In this document: in pieces, positions 42,431 through 60,034 of the stretch | How positions within the stretch are numbered: position 1 is the stretch's first letter | Layout of the letters: every line of letters begins with the position of its first letter | Assembly: GCA_012295275.1 (NCBI GenBank) | Contig: CM022677.1 | Location: 17,112,001-17,176,000, forward strand | Source: Chrysomallon squamiferum | Taxonomy: Eukaryota; Animalia; Mollusca | Reading direction: 5' to 3' | Length of the DNA stretch: 64,000 bases | Translations under genes and position numbers: made by a program | The notes under the pieces: model-generated | Database searches by the model: none | Told to the model about the DNA's origin: nothing | The model's input: the letters and a program-made list of their open reading frames with translations, nothing else

Positions 42431-44862
42431 GACAGCGTAGGGTAGGCAAATTTGGTTAACCCGTTAAACAAAAGTACGTTACTTCGAAATGTGTGACTAC
42501 ATTTACAGTGATCAAGGTTTTTGTGTGTATGCAGTTAGTGTTGAGAAATATGCTTGTGTTGATTCTATTAACAGAAAAAACCCCAGTTAATGTCCGTAGC
42601 AGCTGATAAAGAAACAGCTGTTCTGTTATCGGTGACTTATCATTAATACGATTTATTGTTACTACTACTGCTGCTGTTGCTTCTACCGATTACTATAATT
42701 TCTACTGCTGCTACTATTACCTCTAATAGTTCCACGACTGTTACTGCTGCTGTTCATACTATTCTACTACTACCATTGCTGCTACTACTGCTACTACTAC
42801 TACTACTACTACTAATACCATGACACGTTAAATACCGCTATTCTGCATTCTGTTGCTGATGATGATGCTATAATCACTGCTACTGCTGTCACTATTATGA
42901 CGTACGACTACAATTTCAACTACTACCGCTTCTAGATTTGAACTGTTTCACTGTTAGCTATTTCGATAATAAATCTAACGTTGCAGATGGTATTTTTTTT
43001 GTCATCAAATACAATCCACACACTGATTTTCATCTCTAGAATTTTAAATAACATCTAAGCTATTCGTAGAATTACGACAAATTAATATTTACATCTGTGC
43101 GTGCGTGCGTGCGTGATTGTGCGTGTGCTTGTGTGTATAAACTTAAATCTCTTGGTATAAAAAAAACAACAAATTTAAAAGCTGATTTCCAACTGTTTTT
43201 TGCAAATTTGTTTCTGCTGAAATTAATTTGCTAAGCAAACAAAAAAAAAGAAAAAAAAAACTAAAAAAACTAAAATCCCTCTCAGACGATTTCAGACAAT
43301 GTTGCTTTTTATAGACAATGTTGCTTTTATAAATAAAATAAAATAAAATAAAAAAAATAAAATAAAATAAAATAAAATAAAATAAAATAAATGACTTAAC
43401 TAAGAAAAGCTCCGGTTTCATTTATTTCAGCTACAATCTTGTATCAAGTCTTTGCTTCAGTTTTATGTGACAAATGAACAGAGGGTTAATTCTAGACTAG
43501 CACGCCAAATGAAAAATTAACACAAAAAATATACAATATTTTCGAACGACAAATACACAGCTTGGTTCTGCAGTCAGACATTCATGTGGGGATTACAGTT
43601 GAACACCTCACATTACCCGTTAGAAAAATAACGAAAACTCGCTCGAAAAGCCTGCGTCTGGTTTGTTTATGTTTTTGCGTGAAGAAAAACCAAAGCTTCT
43701 GTTTCCTATGCCGATATGAAAAACAGATTATAAGATAATAATTGTCGAATGCATTATAATGATTTATTTTTTGTATAAATTTATGAGGGAAAATTTTTTT
43801 CTTTCTCTGCTATATATATATATACACACATATATATGTAGATAGATAGATAGATTTCTATATATATATTTCTAATCATATTTCAATATTTGTAATAGTA
43901 GTAAAATAATAGCAGCATGTAAGAAATATTAGTAACAGTGGTAGTTTAAAAAGTAGTAATAGTATTATTATTATGTCATAGTCATAATTATTATTATTGT
44001 TGTTATTGTGGTTGTTATTGTACCGTTTTCTTTTTTTTTCTCTTTTTGCTTGTTTTTCAGAGATATCATTTCATTCATCACTTTTAAATGACAAGCAACA
44101 ACATCGACCACAGGAAAAAATACTTTTTATAATTGGTATCGAATTTTCATTTATATTTTTTTTTTTTTTTTTTTTTTTTTCATTTTTTTTTTTATTTTTT
44201 TTTTTTTTTTTTTTTTATTTTTTTTTTTTTGCTGTTGTTTCTTTATCTTTATTTTTTCAAGCTTACACGAATGTGCAATTTAATAATACATAACTTTATT
44301 TTTTAATTTTACAGTATTTCATAATCCCAATGAAAAACATCTTACGTATTTTTATGTATTTCCATTTTATTTCACCGTCTCTTTGTACGTTCGTTTGTCT
44401 ACAACCTCTAAAGTACATACTGAAGAGAAAGCAACCATTTTTAAACTATGAATTCAATTTATTTAGTTCCTTTTGCGTGATCGCACACAATTAGAAAAAC
44501 TATTCTAATTTTCCAGTATTAGCATAATTTTATTGTTGTTGTCGTCCTTGTTTAATATCATCGAAAGAAAACTTGAATAAAAAACTGAGTTAAGGGAATT
44601 ATGTGTTCGTGCATTTTTACGTGTGAATGAAATACAGAATACATTTAGAGATTATGATAATAATTAGTAATGACAATATGATATAGAATATTATAGACAT
44701 TAATAGAAATGAATTTTAATTTTCTGTTTTAATTATAACCTAGATATCTCGTTTAATTATCTCGTGTTATAGCATATAAACACATACAAACAGACAGCTC
44801 TGTCCACCTCTCTCTCTCTCTGTTTCGCTCTGTCTAGTTATCTTTATCTCTCCAGCCTGTTT

Positions 44863-45420
<558 letters not shown>

Positions 45421-45817
45421 CTCTCTTGCCCCACAGAACTGCTTGCCTGTGTGTTTATAGCAGAAAAAGTTATTTTTCAGATTTATCTCAGGACAAGTCG
45501 CGTTGTTTGACACGCTGTAATGAGAATGACCAGATGTTCTCTGTTAACCTCTTTATCTCAGAGAGTAACATTTCTTTCTCACGTTAAATGACCACACAGA
45601 TTTACTCCTGCATCAATGTTAGATTTAGACTCTTTGTGTGCGTCTCAGCGTTTGTGAGTTAATATTCTATTTATAGTAGCGGAACTTTTTAAACGAAGAA
45701 AAGCGTAATGGTTCTGATCTGTTTAAAAAAAAAAAAAAAAAAAAGAATGTGTTAAATTTTGCTGCAGTCCGATTCTTATTTTTTTATTTTTATATTTTAT
45801 AGTAATATTAGTCTGTG

Positions 45818-45863
<46 letters not shown>

Positions 45864-46243
45864 ATATATATAGTTTTATGTTATATTTATTTTATTATAT
45901 GTATTTTTATTTTGTCACTGTAATTGAGATTATGAAGGTAGAACCTGTCGTTTGTATTAGTTTATTTGTTTATTTATTTATTTATTTATTTATTAGCAAA
46001 ATGTCATATATTTATTTATTTATTTATTTTATTTTTTTTATTTTAATTTTATTTTATTTTTTTTATTTTTAATATAGATATTTATTTATTTGTTTATTCA
46101 CTTTCTTTCCAATTAACATATTTTGTTTTCCATTTTTCTATTGGATGTTCCGCAAGACGTTGCTATAGCAATGTGAAACCCGTGACGTCACAATACGTAA
46201 TAAGACAACCCGAAGTCTGTAATGTACTGATCTGTACTCCACA

Positions 46244-46244
<1 letters not shown>

Positions 46245-46313
<69 letters not shown>

Positions 46314-46315
46314 TG

Positions 46316-46388
<73 letters not shown>

Positions 46389-46410
46389 TTTATTATAATA
46401 ATAATAATCA
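46245..46410. repeat. (AAT)n tract
   Basis: Directly visible. Confidence 0.9.
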
Positions 46411-47072
46411 ACACAAAGACAATGATTACGAAAAGACAAATTACGAACAAACCGTATCCGACCTCTCCCCTTTACCAGAACAGATCAAAACTTTAAACAC
46501 TGAGGTAAACATATTAAATATATTCAGTTTTTCAATCTCGTGAACATCTTAGTGTATCTGACATCTTCCAAACTAAGCCAACCAACAACAAATGAAACAC
46601 GATAAGGAAAGAAAAATCTCAGTCAATAACTAAGCGACATTCTGAAGTGTTGGACACACACACATACACAGTGACAGACGAATGAACGCGGATGGTAAAG
46701 ACACTTGAAGCTGTTGAGCGGGTCGTGAAATGCATTATGGGAAATTGACGTTACACGTAAAAAGGGGTTATTATCGGTTTACGAGGGTTAATGGTTTTGT
46801 GTCTTGTGGACTTAGGTTATCGTAGGCAAACATTGTTTTGTTATGGAGTAAAACCGGAAAAATCTGTTCGCAAAAAAAAAAAAAAAATGAATATGTGAGT
46901 TCAAAATTATTTTGATCGCGAAATAGAATAGTTTAATTCTTAAACCATTGTGCACACATATATACACACACATACAGACAGACGTGAAAATACACAGAGA
47001 AAATGTATCTGTCTTAATATCTACTCAGTTTTAATATGTGTTATAGCATATACACATACACATCTTTCCTAG

Positions 47073-47123
<51 letters not shown>

Positions 47124-47203
47124 CTCTCTCTTTCTCTTTCTTTATCTTTTCTCTCTCTCTCTTCTTTATCTCTTATCTCTTTTCTCTTTATATTTCCTGT
47201 CTG

Positions 47204-47268
<65 letters not shown>

Positions 47269-47271
47269 GTA

Positions 47272-47320
<49 letters not shown>

Positions 47321-49779
47321 TTATCTATCTATAATCTTTATAGTAATAAGAGACAGAGAAACTGAACAGCAAATTAACTGATATATATGTAGATATATAG
47401 AGGATAGATACTCGTTGCCTGTATATGTGTGTGTGTCAAACACTTCTGTATGTACATAGATCTCTGTCTGTCTTCATTTTCCTTCATCTAATACAGAACA
47501 CATTTTGATTTCTTGTTCTATACTGTATACCATACGTACTTCCATAGTTCATAATTTCCTCACCACTAACTCAGCGAAAACAAACCTATAAACAATAACA
47601 CATGAATCATGCGACGGTTACTTGAATTAAAGATTAAACACAACACAGTCGCTGTTCTCATTTCAAACAGAATTAATCAAGGTTCGTTACTCCGGGTAAA
47701 AATAAGCCAACAGGTTTAATTTGTGGCTCGTTTCATGTCTTTTCAAATCAAAGTCCAGGTTCGTTCGTTTGGACTGATTATAGCAGAACGAATTACAGTT
47801 GAACTGCTTTCTTTGTACAGCATAAAATTAACTGTTTGAAATAATGGACTATTAAGACGAATGAATTATTATATTTTTGTAGTAGCTTCTGCTGCTGTTG
47901 TTGTTGTTGTTGTAGTTAGAGGAGTAGTAACAGGGACTGGTATAGTAGTAGTAGTAACAGTAGTAATAGTAGTAATAACAATAATAATAATAACAACAAT
48001 AATAACAACAATAACAATAACAATAATAATAATAACAACAACAAATAATAATAACAGTAGCAGATATAGTAGCTGTATGAATATTAGTTCATTAGCAGTT
48101 TAAATGTTAGAACAATTAATATTAGTAATAGTATTTGTAGAGGAATATTAGTAGATACTGCTGTAGTAGTTGTAGTAACATAAGTAACTGAAGTAGTGTT
48201 AGAAGCAGTAGTAGCAGTAAGTAGTAGTAGTAGTAGTAGTAGTAGTAGAGGATTGTTTTGGTAGTAATACTGTAGCAGTAATAGCAGAAATAGTAGAAAT
48301 ATAGTGACAACGTTAGTTGCAGCACATAATTAGTAAACAGTAGTGGTGGTGGTAGTAGTAGTGACAACGACGGTTGTACATAATGGTAGTAATAATAATA
48401 ACATGAAGAAGAAGAAGAAGAAGAATCACAATTATAATAATAATTATTATTATGTTGTAAATAGCACATGAAATAATAACAGTATTTTAGTAACAAAATA
48501 AAAACAGTTGTAATATTAGAAGCAGCAACATTATCAACAGCAACCATGTCATAAAACAACAATAACACGTAATAATAATTAACAAGAGAGAGAGAGAATC
48601 AGACAAACGAACAGACACACAGTCAGAACAGACTCATAGACAAACATTTTGCTCAAATAATCTGAAATATTAAAATCGCAATTTTTAATTCTCAATCATT
48701 TCTCTATTTCTCTATCACTGCGGCATACGAGTGACGTCACGCACGTATTTTAGTCCCTTCTGGTCAGAAGTTTTTCTCGGACAGGTCAAAGCTAATAACG
48801 ATAATGAAGTGGCTATTACACTTATTGTGAGATAATCTGAAAATAACAGATGTCTGAAAGATAAAAATAACAACCTGGTCAGTGGTCATCGTTTTTAAGT
48901 GGACTTTACGATGATTTATTGGTCTGCTGGTTCATTTTCGATTTGGACAGTGATTATGAAATCCAGATTTAATTGATTTGTTGTTTCAATCTGTTTCAGA
49001 ACGGAAGCTTGGAGCCATAATTTGGATCGGGACAGACTTTTAAATTATCAGAGATTCGTTCGAACAGAACATCCTTGGTTTAGATTTCTGTATGCAGTGG
49101 TTGTTTTGTTATTGTACGTGATATCGTGATGATTATTTTTCAAATTTTTCGTCTGAAAGTTTGAGCGATTTGATTCAATAAATGTGTTATTGAAAGAAAG
49201 CTCAGAAAAAAAGATAATTGGTTTATGAAGAACAACAAAAGCAGCAGGAAAACAATAATAATAAAAGTTGTATTAAAATATTATAAAAATATTAATTTTA
49301 TTAATAAGAAGAACTATAATAGTAAAATAATGTATTGTTTATCTTAGAGATAGCAATAGTAGAAGTAGTAATTGTTGCAACAGTAATAGTAGCACAGTAG
49401 TTGTAGTAGTTTTTTTGTTGTTGTTCCAAGTAGTGGTAGTTTAGTTAGTAATCGTAGCAACAGCAGTACAGTAGTACTAATAGTTGGCGTTGTTGTTGTG
49501 CTAATAGTGGTAGTAGTTGTAATAGTACTAACTGTAGTAGTAGTAGTAGTACCAATTACAGTAGTAGCAGTATCAACTGTAGCATTAATAGCAAGGAGCT
49601 ATGGTAGTTACAGTAGTAGTATTAGTAGTAGTAGTAGTAGCAGTAGGAATTGTAGTAATCAGCAAGGATTTGTGGTAGTTGTAGTTGTTATCGAAAAATC
49701 GTAGCAGTAAAAGTGTTATTATTTCGTAATTATATAAATTCGAAAAAAGCTAAAGAAAACACACACACACACACACACA

Positions 49780-49815
<36 letters not shown>

Positions 49816-50396
49816 CACACATTTACACACACACTCACACACACTCACACACACACACACTCTCACACACACAAACTCTCTCTCACACACACACACTCAC
49901 ACACACTCATATTTAAACTAACACAGAGCATCACTGACTTTACACAAATCGATACGTGTCACACGACTGCGATTATTAAATCTACACAAAACATGCAGAC
50001 ACAACGACGTCAGCTGCTGTTTTCTGTGACCACAACTTGTTGACTTTACAAACACTCGAGTCGACAGAACAAACCAGTACTGCTGACAGAAATGTCAGCT
50101 GCATGTTTAAAACTCACAGCTTTGTTGAGACGTTCATATTTTTAGTATTACGAGTACTATAACTAATGCTATTTCTTATGCCTAATGCTATTATTAATAC
50201 TAATACTGATGCTGTACTGCTGCTACTATTAATGCACATAATATTGCTGATACTGGTGCTGGTGCTGTTATTATTGCGGATAGAGATATAGATAAATGGA
50301 TAGATAGGCAGACAGACAGCCAGCCAGACAGAGAGATAAATAGATAGAGAGATATATAGTATATAGATAAAGAGACAGATAGACAGGCAGACAGAG

Positions 50397-50445
<49 letters not shown>

Positions 50446-51177
50446 CAAAGATAAACAGCGAGATAAACAAACAAAAGAGAAAAAGACAAAATCAAGCAGA
50501 AAAATGAAAGAAAGAAAGAAAGAAATGACGAAAGAACGCAATAAAACAGATAACAAAAACGCAAACAAATAATTAGAAATAACTCCTACGCATTTCACTG
50601 GTGCACGCCACAAATCACAGAAGAAACAGAAACGAATTTTTTTTTTTTTTTTTTTTTTTCTATTTTTTTACGAGAAATAACAGACGAAGCAAAACTTCAA
50701 CTAAAAGAGGAAAAACAAAAAAATTGACGTTTGTAACGTATTTCTCGTTTCATTTTCATTTTTTATTTCTTTCTCTCTCTCTTTCATTCTCAATTTCGTT
50801 AACGCTGACGTATTTGGTTGAAGAATCTTTGTTAAAAATAAATTTAAAAAAAAAAAAATAAATAAATAAATAAAAAAAGATTTTAGATTGCCAAAACTGC
50901 AGAGGCCTATCTGGCTAAGAAACTCGTTTGTCTAAACATAGTGTTGACATATCTATCTAGCATTAACAAATTCCTGCAAACAGCTTTTGAAGAACAAAAC
51001 ACGAAGAAAGGCAGGAAAAAAGCGTCGATGGCATTTTACATGTTGAAGAAAATTCAGAGAGAAGAAAGAGGAAATAAAATAAATCAGGAGTTAAAAAAAA
51101 AAGCGGGCAACACAAACGATGACTGAGCTATGTTGTTAGTTGTATTGAAATAAGCTTTTTTTTTATTTTTTAATTTA

Positions 51178-51625
<448 letters not shown>

Positions 51626-51642
51626 GCTCGTTCGGTCATGCA

Positions 51643-51870
51643 TATATAGACATGCATATATATATATGTTTTCTTCTATCCCTCCCACCCAATAACGAAG
51701 ATGGACTCAGAAATACTCAGATACCTTCAAGAGATCTGGCGTTCACAGTACAGACACGCCAGATGAGCCTATTAACATTATTTCTCTGTTTTAGTATATC
51801 GTTTATTTTAAACAGTCTCGTTTGTTTTTGTCTCCGTCTTTTTCCGTTTTATTCCGTTTTATTTCGTTTT
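51643..51870 (-). mobile_element. Dispersed repeat, copy 2 (inverted relative to copy 1)
   Basis: CCACCCAATAACGAAGATGGACTCAGAAATACTCAGATA...CGCCAGATGAGCCTATTAACATTATTTCTCTGTTTTAGTA is the reverse complement of sequence in copy 1. Confidence 0.7.
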
Positions 51871-52155
51871 ATTTCCGGAGATATCGCCATAGGTGCGGAA
51901 CGGAAGTGATATCAGTGGAGGTGAGAATGTTTGACTCGGTCCAACATAATTTTGTTTTTATATATATATTGTTTATCTTTTTAATACCCCTTTCCGTTCC
52001 CAAATAATATTTTAATTCTTTATACACTAATTGTAGATATAAATGCATCTGTGTGTATGTGTATGCATGTGCTTGTGTCTATGTATAGGCCTATATGTTT
52101 GTATGTGTATCATATGTATATGTGTGTGTGTGTTTTTGTCCTCTCTCTCTGTCGG

Positions 52156-52262
<107 letters not shown>

Positions 52263-52782
52263 GTGTATGCCCATATTTTATTTCATATATTGTAATATGT
52301 GAATGTGTTTGTATGTGTGAATGTGTGTGTGTGTGTGTTTATTTCTGGTGTGACCGTGTCTGTGCGTGCACGTGCGTTTTTTATATGCGTTCGTGCTTAC
52401 GCATGCGCTCTGACACCTCGCCTAGTCTACGAGTGTCCGACACACGATTTTCTCTGAACGTTCCTTGAGTCTGTGTTACATCGTTACATCGTTACATCGT
52501 TACGTATAAACTACATGTTTAAATCAGAATCGTGTGTAGGAATATTTTTTCAAGCAGATGTCTGATTTGTTTAAATTTTATGTTTCTAAAAGCGGTCTGT
52601 CTGCAACCGATCTGTCTGCTGTTTTAATGGATTAATTCCATGATAAAAAAAAATGAGAGACAGATTTATTTATACGTACCAGTCTTATCAGATGCCTTAG
52701 TTTTTTTTCTTACTGAGAGAGAAAAAAAACCTAGCGAAATAGAAAATATAATTTGGAATTTTGTGAGAAAGGGTGAATATGT

Positions 52783-52881
<99 letters not shown>

Positions 52882-53432
52882 CACATTAATATAAAAATCA
52901 CACAGACAGACAAGTAACCTGGATGTATGTTAGTAGATAATGAGATTGCCAGACAGATAAATAGAGAGATAAATAAATAAATACATAAATCAATTAGAGA
53001 AGTTTTATATATACCATAAACTATGTTTGCATTTGTCACCTACCTATTATTATCATTTATTCTTTTTTTTTTTTTTTTTTGTATTATTAATTTATTATCA
53101 TCATCATCATCATCATTATTCGTTTATTAATGTATTAACCTTCGTATTAAAACTTTTTATATAGATAATCGGCGATAAAGATACTGTGAGTATTAACTAC
53201 TTGTTTGATAATTATCAATATTCTGAGAAGACTGTTAATGTATTAAAAATTAAAGCAGTCAGTTCAATTGGACTTAAAATCAAAACTTTGAATAAAATAA
53301 TGTCATGTACGAGTTAATATTTAAAGATAGCTTAATTTAATTCGTTACTATTGACTGGTATAATCGTTTTTCTTTCATTTCATTTTTTTTAAATTGTTTA
53401 TTTATTTATTATGATTTATTTTCCTTTTACTT

Positions 53433-53465
<33 letters not shown>

Positions 53466-53559
53466 ATATATCTAGTTCGTTTCTGTTTGTCTTGTCTGTT
53501 TCGCTTTTGTTTGTATCTCTTTACTCTAGCTATTTGCTATGTAGCTATTTAGTTATCTA

Positions 53560-53825
53560 GTTAGACAGACAGGTAGTTAGTTAGTTACTTAAATAGATAG
53601 CTAGTTGGTTAGTTAGTCGGTTAGTTAGCTGGTTAGTAGTTAATTAACTAGTTAGCTAATTCGTTGGTTAGTCGGTTAGTTAACTAGTTAGCTAGTTCGT
53701 TGGTTAGTGGGTTAGTTAACTAGTTAGCTAGTTCGTTGGTTAGTGGGTTAGTTAACTAGTTAGCTAGTTCGTTGGTTAGTCGGTTAGTTAACTAGTAGCT
53801 GGTTAGTTAGTTAAGTAGTTAGTTG
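53560..53825. repeat. 36-bp minisatellite built from (TAGT)-like units
   Basis: GGTTAGTTAACTAGTTAGCTAGTTCGTTGGTTAGT(C/G), about 4 copies plus degenerate flanks. Confidence 0.9.
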
Positions 53826-54516
53826 TGTTCATGACACAATTTGCAGATCACAATGAACTAAAACAACCCAGTTTGAACGACTATTCAATTATCAGTTACC
53901 AGAATTCACAAGATTAAAAATCGAATTTTAATAACAGAACAAAAAAACAAAAAAATGTATTTACTGCATAATATTCAAATTAGAAAAGAATTTGACAAAA
54001 CCAAACTATTTTTCACAACCCAAGTTACCGAATTTCGTGGGAATTTAATTTCGAAACTTTTTTTTTTTTTTTTTTTTTTTTGCATTTTTTTTTTTCTTTC
54101 ATTCTCAACTTTTGTCTTCTTTATCTTCCTTGTTTTTTTCTTCGTTCTCTTCTTTTGTTTCTCATTACGTGACGGACGAAGGACGCTTCACAGTCTTTAA
54201 TTGAACCGTTTCAAACTGATGTCAGGAGATATAATTCGGTCGATTCAGTTTTCGTCAATGGAGTAAATTGCGTTCTCGCAAATGTAATGGGATTTTTGTC
54301 TTTCCTAATAAATGTTGTCTGCTGGCTGAGTCAGTTTAATTGTGAATGTTCGTATTTATTTCTTTCTTTATTTGTTTTGGGTTTTATTTTTACTTTATTT
54401 TACGTTTATTGTCATTATAACCTACCTCTTCTGTAATCTTAGTTACGTGTTTATTTCTTATTTGGTTGTTTTATTTTTGTTTGCTTGTTTTTGGGTTTTT
54501 TTTTTTTTTTTTTTGG

Positions 54517-54925
<409 letters not shown>

Positions 54926-55159
54926 CACTCTGTCTTATTCTTTATTTTTCTCTCTTTTTTCTTTCTCTTGCTCAGTGTTTATTTCTATTATTTTGTTTGT
55001 TACTCTTTCATTCTTTCTCTATTCCTTTATAACACATTTATCTTTTTTCTCTCTATTTCTCTCCCTCTATCTGTACAATCTCTCTCTGTACTATTTCTCT
55101 CTTTCCAAAATTTTTTTCTTACGTTTTTTTCACATCTTTCTATAACAACATCATCATAA

Positions 55160-55190
<31 letters not shown>

Positions 55191-55845
55191 TATTACTACT
55201 TCCAGCATTCATCATCAACATCATTACCATTTAACCATGTTTGATCTAAAACCCATTTTTCCTAACACAACTTTTACCAAAATTCACGTTCAAGAGTCAA
55301 ACAAACGCTTAGAAAGATTACAGTATTTAACCTTCCATTTCTAAGGTCAGAAAGATGAAAGAAAAACGAGAGCAGTAGATGTGTGTGTGTGTGCGTGTGC
55401 GTGTGGAATAACCCAGATATCTGCTGACCGGTCAGTTCCTATATTTTTTACATCATATCATCGATTATAAATATTAAGATTTCGATTTTTTCCTTCTTTT
55501 TTTTTTTCATTTTCTTCTTTTTCATCTTCATCTAGAATTATCTGGAAACGTGTTCTTTAAATATGTGTTTTAGTTCTGGATTGTTTTCTTTAATTTGCTG
55601 CTCTTGATTAATGTGTTTGTGGACGGAAATTAGCAAATTTGGACCTGGATTATATGATGGGGTTTTTTTTGGCAGACATGTTTTTGTGTTTTGAAATAGT
55701 GATGATTTCATAATGGAAACAAATATATCAATTCTAGGTTACAACGTTTTACGTCTGTACGTGATTTTTTGTTCTTGTACGTGTTTGGATGGGAAACAAA
55801 ATGATCAGAGAGAGAAACATAATACACACACACAACATAATAATG

Positions 55846-56035
<190 letters not shown>

Positions 56036-57197
56036 TTTCCAGGAACAGAAATGAGAGTAACGTATACACACACACGTGTGTGTGTGTGTGTGTGTGAGTG
56101 TCTTTCTGTCTGTCTGTGTTTTAATAGGCACTCGTGTTTTATTAATAACAAATATATAAACTGATGACACTCAAAGCTATTTTAAGGCGAGTTTCCATTA
56201 GGACAGTTTTGTATTAAAATCATTCTTACTACATGTGAACTCAAGACAGTTTAACTTTAACTCAAAGTATTATTCAGAAAGGCAACAAAGATAAGGATTA
56301 CTATCGAGCGATCGTAATAATGCCCCAGTCTTTTGTGAAATTTTACACTAATGGAAAAGTTTTTAACGGTGATATATGATAAGATAGAAAAGTAAGTGCA
56401 AAACATCCAACCAGACTGAGCAAACAGGAACCATAAAGATGGTATGTTATCTGAAAAGCATTTTTCTCTTCAGCCAAATAATTATTATAGTGATTAGCGT
56501 GTAAATTTAACATCGACGTATTTATAAGTTTTGCCCCTGAAGGACTCAAACACGTTGGTATAGCTGTAGTAGCAGCTGTTGCAGTAAGAGTTGTAGTAAT
56601 AGTAATAGTCATAGTAACAATAGTGGTAGTATTAGTAGCAGTAGTGTAGTAATGTAGTAGTAGTAGTAGTGATAGTAGTAGTAGTATTAGTAGGATGTGT
56701 AAGAGTAACAAAGACAAAAATAATACATTTAATAACAAGAAGCAGTAAAACTTTTTTATTTCATTGTCTGTAGTTCATTTACTGATTTATTTGTTTATTT
56801 ATTTGTTGATTTATTTATTTATGTATTTATTTATTTATTTACTAACTTTTTTTTTAACCCAGTAATGATTTCACAGATGTGCAGACAAAACTGTGCAGTT
56901 TAAGAGACATTTCTTCTAACATAACAATTCAAATTTTACTCCATTTTTTATCTTCTTTCTATCACTGAGATACGGACTCCATATTACATATAATCATCAT
57001 TTTCACTGTTTATACACACACACATATATATATATAGATATAGATATAACTCGTTCTTTTTTCTTTTAAACGCTCATGCATAACGACCAAGAACAACATT
57101 TTTTCCTCTCTCTCATTGTCTTTCTCTGTCTCTCTGTGTCTCTGTCTCTCTTTGTCTCTCTCTCTTTCCTTGTCTCTCTCTGTCTCTGTCTCTCACT

Positions 57198-57233
<36 letters not shown>

Positions 57234-57237
57234 CCTC

Positions 57238-57325
<88 letters not shown>

Positions 57326-57925
57326 TGTCTAGATTTATAATCAACCCCATCCCCACAGATTATAATCTACGCAAATCCTGGATTTCAACACACAGCCTGA
57401 AGCAGATACTGAATCCAATTTACACGGCTACCTCTTCCAATCTACACTCTCACACACAGAGTGTTATAAACTGGAATCAACCCATTTTCTATCAACCCTA
57501 CCCCTTTATCCCCAGAATCCCACACACCCCAGGGTCACAGATTAGACGTACCCACGGATTCCCAGCCCACAACATTCCCTGGGTTCCAGCGTGAACCCAT
57601 CACACATGATTCTGTCTTCAGTAATCCTAAAGTAATTGTCGTTATCGCTTGTTCTTGCTTGTTTCTAACTCGGCTTTTCTCAGCCGTATCAAATTAAGCA
57701 ACAATTCCATAGGCGCCAATGCAATTTCTTAGGCCGATGTACTTACAGTCACGTGATTGCCATGACAACTGTCTCTTCCACAGGCTGTCGCTTGATAATG
57801 TTCTCGGTGACTGTGGATCGAGTTTTGAATAAGCTTTTTGTGTTGACATTCGCGACGAGTTCCACTTGTTGTAGCTGAATTGAAAGTAGTATTGTACGAA
57901 GAGAAAATGGAATGGAATCAGAGAC

Positions 57926-58028
<103 letters not shown>

Positions 58029-58819
58029 TTGTACTATTCAGAACCAAAAGGTTTTTGAATTATAACTACCGATTCTTCGTATTATAATACTGTTTTAGTT
58101 TTCAATTGACGTTGACATTTTTTTTCTAAACTGAAGCGTACGTTATAATCAATCAATGAAGAAAACGACATTTACAAGAAACTGTAAACGACTGAAGAAA
58201 GAAAAGAAGAGATTCGGAATGTTTGATCTTTTAAATACCTCTAAATACCACGAACTCTGTGGTAATTAAACTGTAGTTAAGACATGAAAAAGAATAAATG
58301 AAAAAAACCCTCAAAAACAAAGGAAAGAAAAAAAAAAATTAGACATGAAATAAAGAACAAAAGAAGGGAAGAAAGAAAAAATGAAAGGAAGAAACTTTAA
58401 ATCCTAAATGGAAAGACAGACATACAGATCGCATGACGGACGGACGCAGGAAAGACGGACAAGTGAAAAAAAACAAAATGCATAGATTGATTCGCACACG
58501 CACAAACGCACTCATTACGTTTACATTTATTTCGCGAGGTGTCAGTTCCAAACGATATCCTGGCCGCGTCCATTTGCACTGGAAAGCTCTAAAGTGTCCG
58601 TAATGAAATCAGCTCATCAGCGAGAGATTATTTTGTCATATTTACACCCAAGTCATTTCTAATCGAGTTTCTATTATTCTGCCCTGTGATTAGAGGACGC
58701 AGAGGAAATGTGAAATGACAGCGACAAGTAAAGATCAACAACGTATCACGAGATGTCTGACGTTAACACAAACAGCGCTGAAAAACCATCAGGGATTTTA
58801 TACTGAGCGAGTGTTGAAT

Positions 58820-58923
<104 letters not shown>

Positions 58924-59367
58924 GTTCTCTCTCTCTCTCTCTCTCTCTCGTTCTCTCTCTCTCTCTTTCTCTCTCGTTCTCTCTGTCTCTCTCTCTCTCT
59001 CTCTATCTCTCTCTCACATTCCTGTGTCCTTGAATATCTATAATTTAACCATTCAAATGAACCTTTCAAATTAACTACGTTAACTTCTAAAATAATAAAA
59101 CTAAAAATGAATTTTAATCGAAGAGTGTTGAACACTACTATGACTTTTAAAACAATAGAAAAAAAATTTTATTGAAAGATTAAAAAAAGAAGAAAAAGAA
59201 AAAAAAAAGGAAACTGGAAGAAAGAAGAAAGGATGAAAAACAGAAATATATATATATATATTGATTTTTAATAAAGAAAGAAAGTCAGTATATGATAAAT
59301 AAAAATAAAGCATGATAAAAAATATATATACATACGCGCACGCACGCACACACACACACACACACCC

Positions 59368-59418
<51 letters not shown>

Positions 59419-59968
59419 TAGATTATAGATATGGCTATCATATCAATGTGCAGCAAACAAGCCAAAAAGCTTTAAAACTAACACATCATTAGTTCACGTC
59501 TAGAAAGCTCCACACTTTCATCTCTCTCCCACATTAATTCACTTTGTTCTCCCCAGCCTCCACTTGATGCAATTCGCTTTCATCAAATCTCCGAATTAAT
59601 CACAAACCCTAATCCTCAAACCTCGACGTCATTAAACCTCCATCAGCGTGACCTGCCGTCCTTGACCTCCCCAGCCGTACCCGCGACTTTTTTTTTTTGT
59701 CGAATACCCATATTAACGTTAAGACAATCCAATTTGTCTGTCCGAGTTTGGACGGGTCTAGATTGTGCGTGTAATTGGCATAAACCGGACTCGCCAATCT
59801 CTTGACGATATTTCATCTCACGGTGAGAAACGCGTTATAGAAATAAACTCGTCTGATGAATAAATCGGCTGTCGAGCTTTTAATGCTCGCGGATAGTTAG
59901 AAATTTGTGCATGGAAGCGATAACGGGGGAAAAAAGGCCAGGCTTCTTCTGTGTTTGAGAATAGCAGT

Positions 59969-59969
<1 letters not shown>

Positions 59970-60034
<65 letters not shown>

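Noticed and set aside
51880-51945. Possible tRNA-derived SINE head next to the dispersed repeat
   Set aside because: No convincing A-box/B-box pair or cloverleaf; no tRNA or rRNA genes could be supported anywhere in the window.
57340-57594. C-rich, Pro-rich open frame on the plus strand
   Set aside because: The frame is open mainly because of compositional skew and the upstream (TC)n tract; no recognisable domain or exon boundaries.
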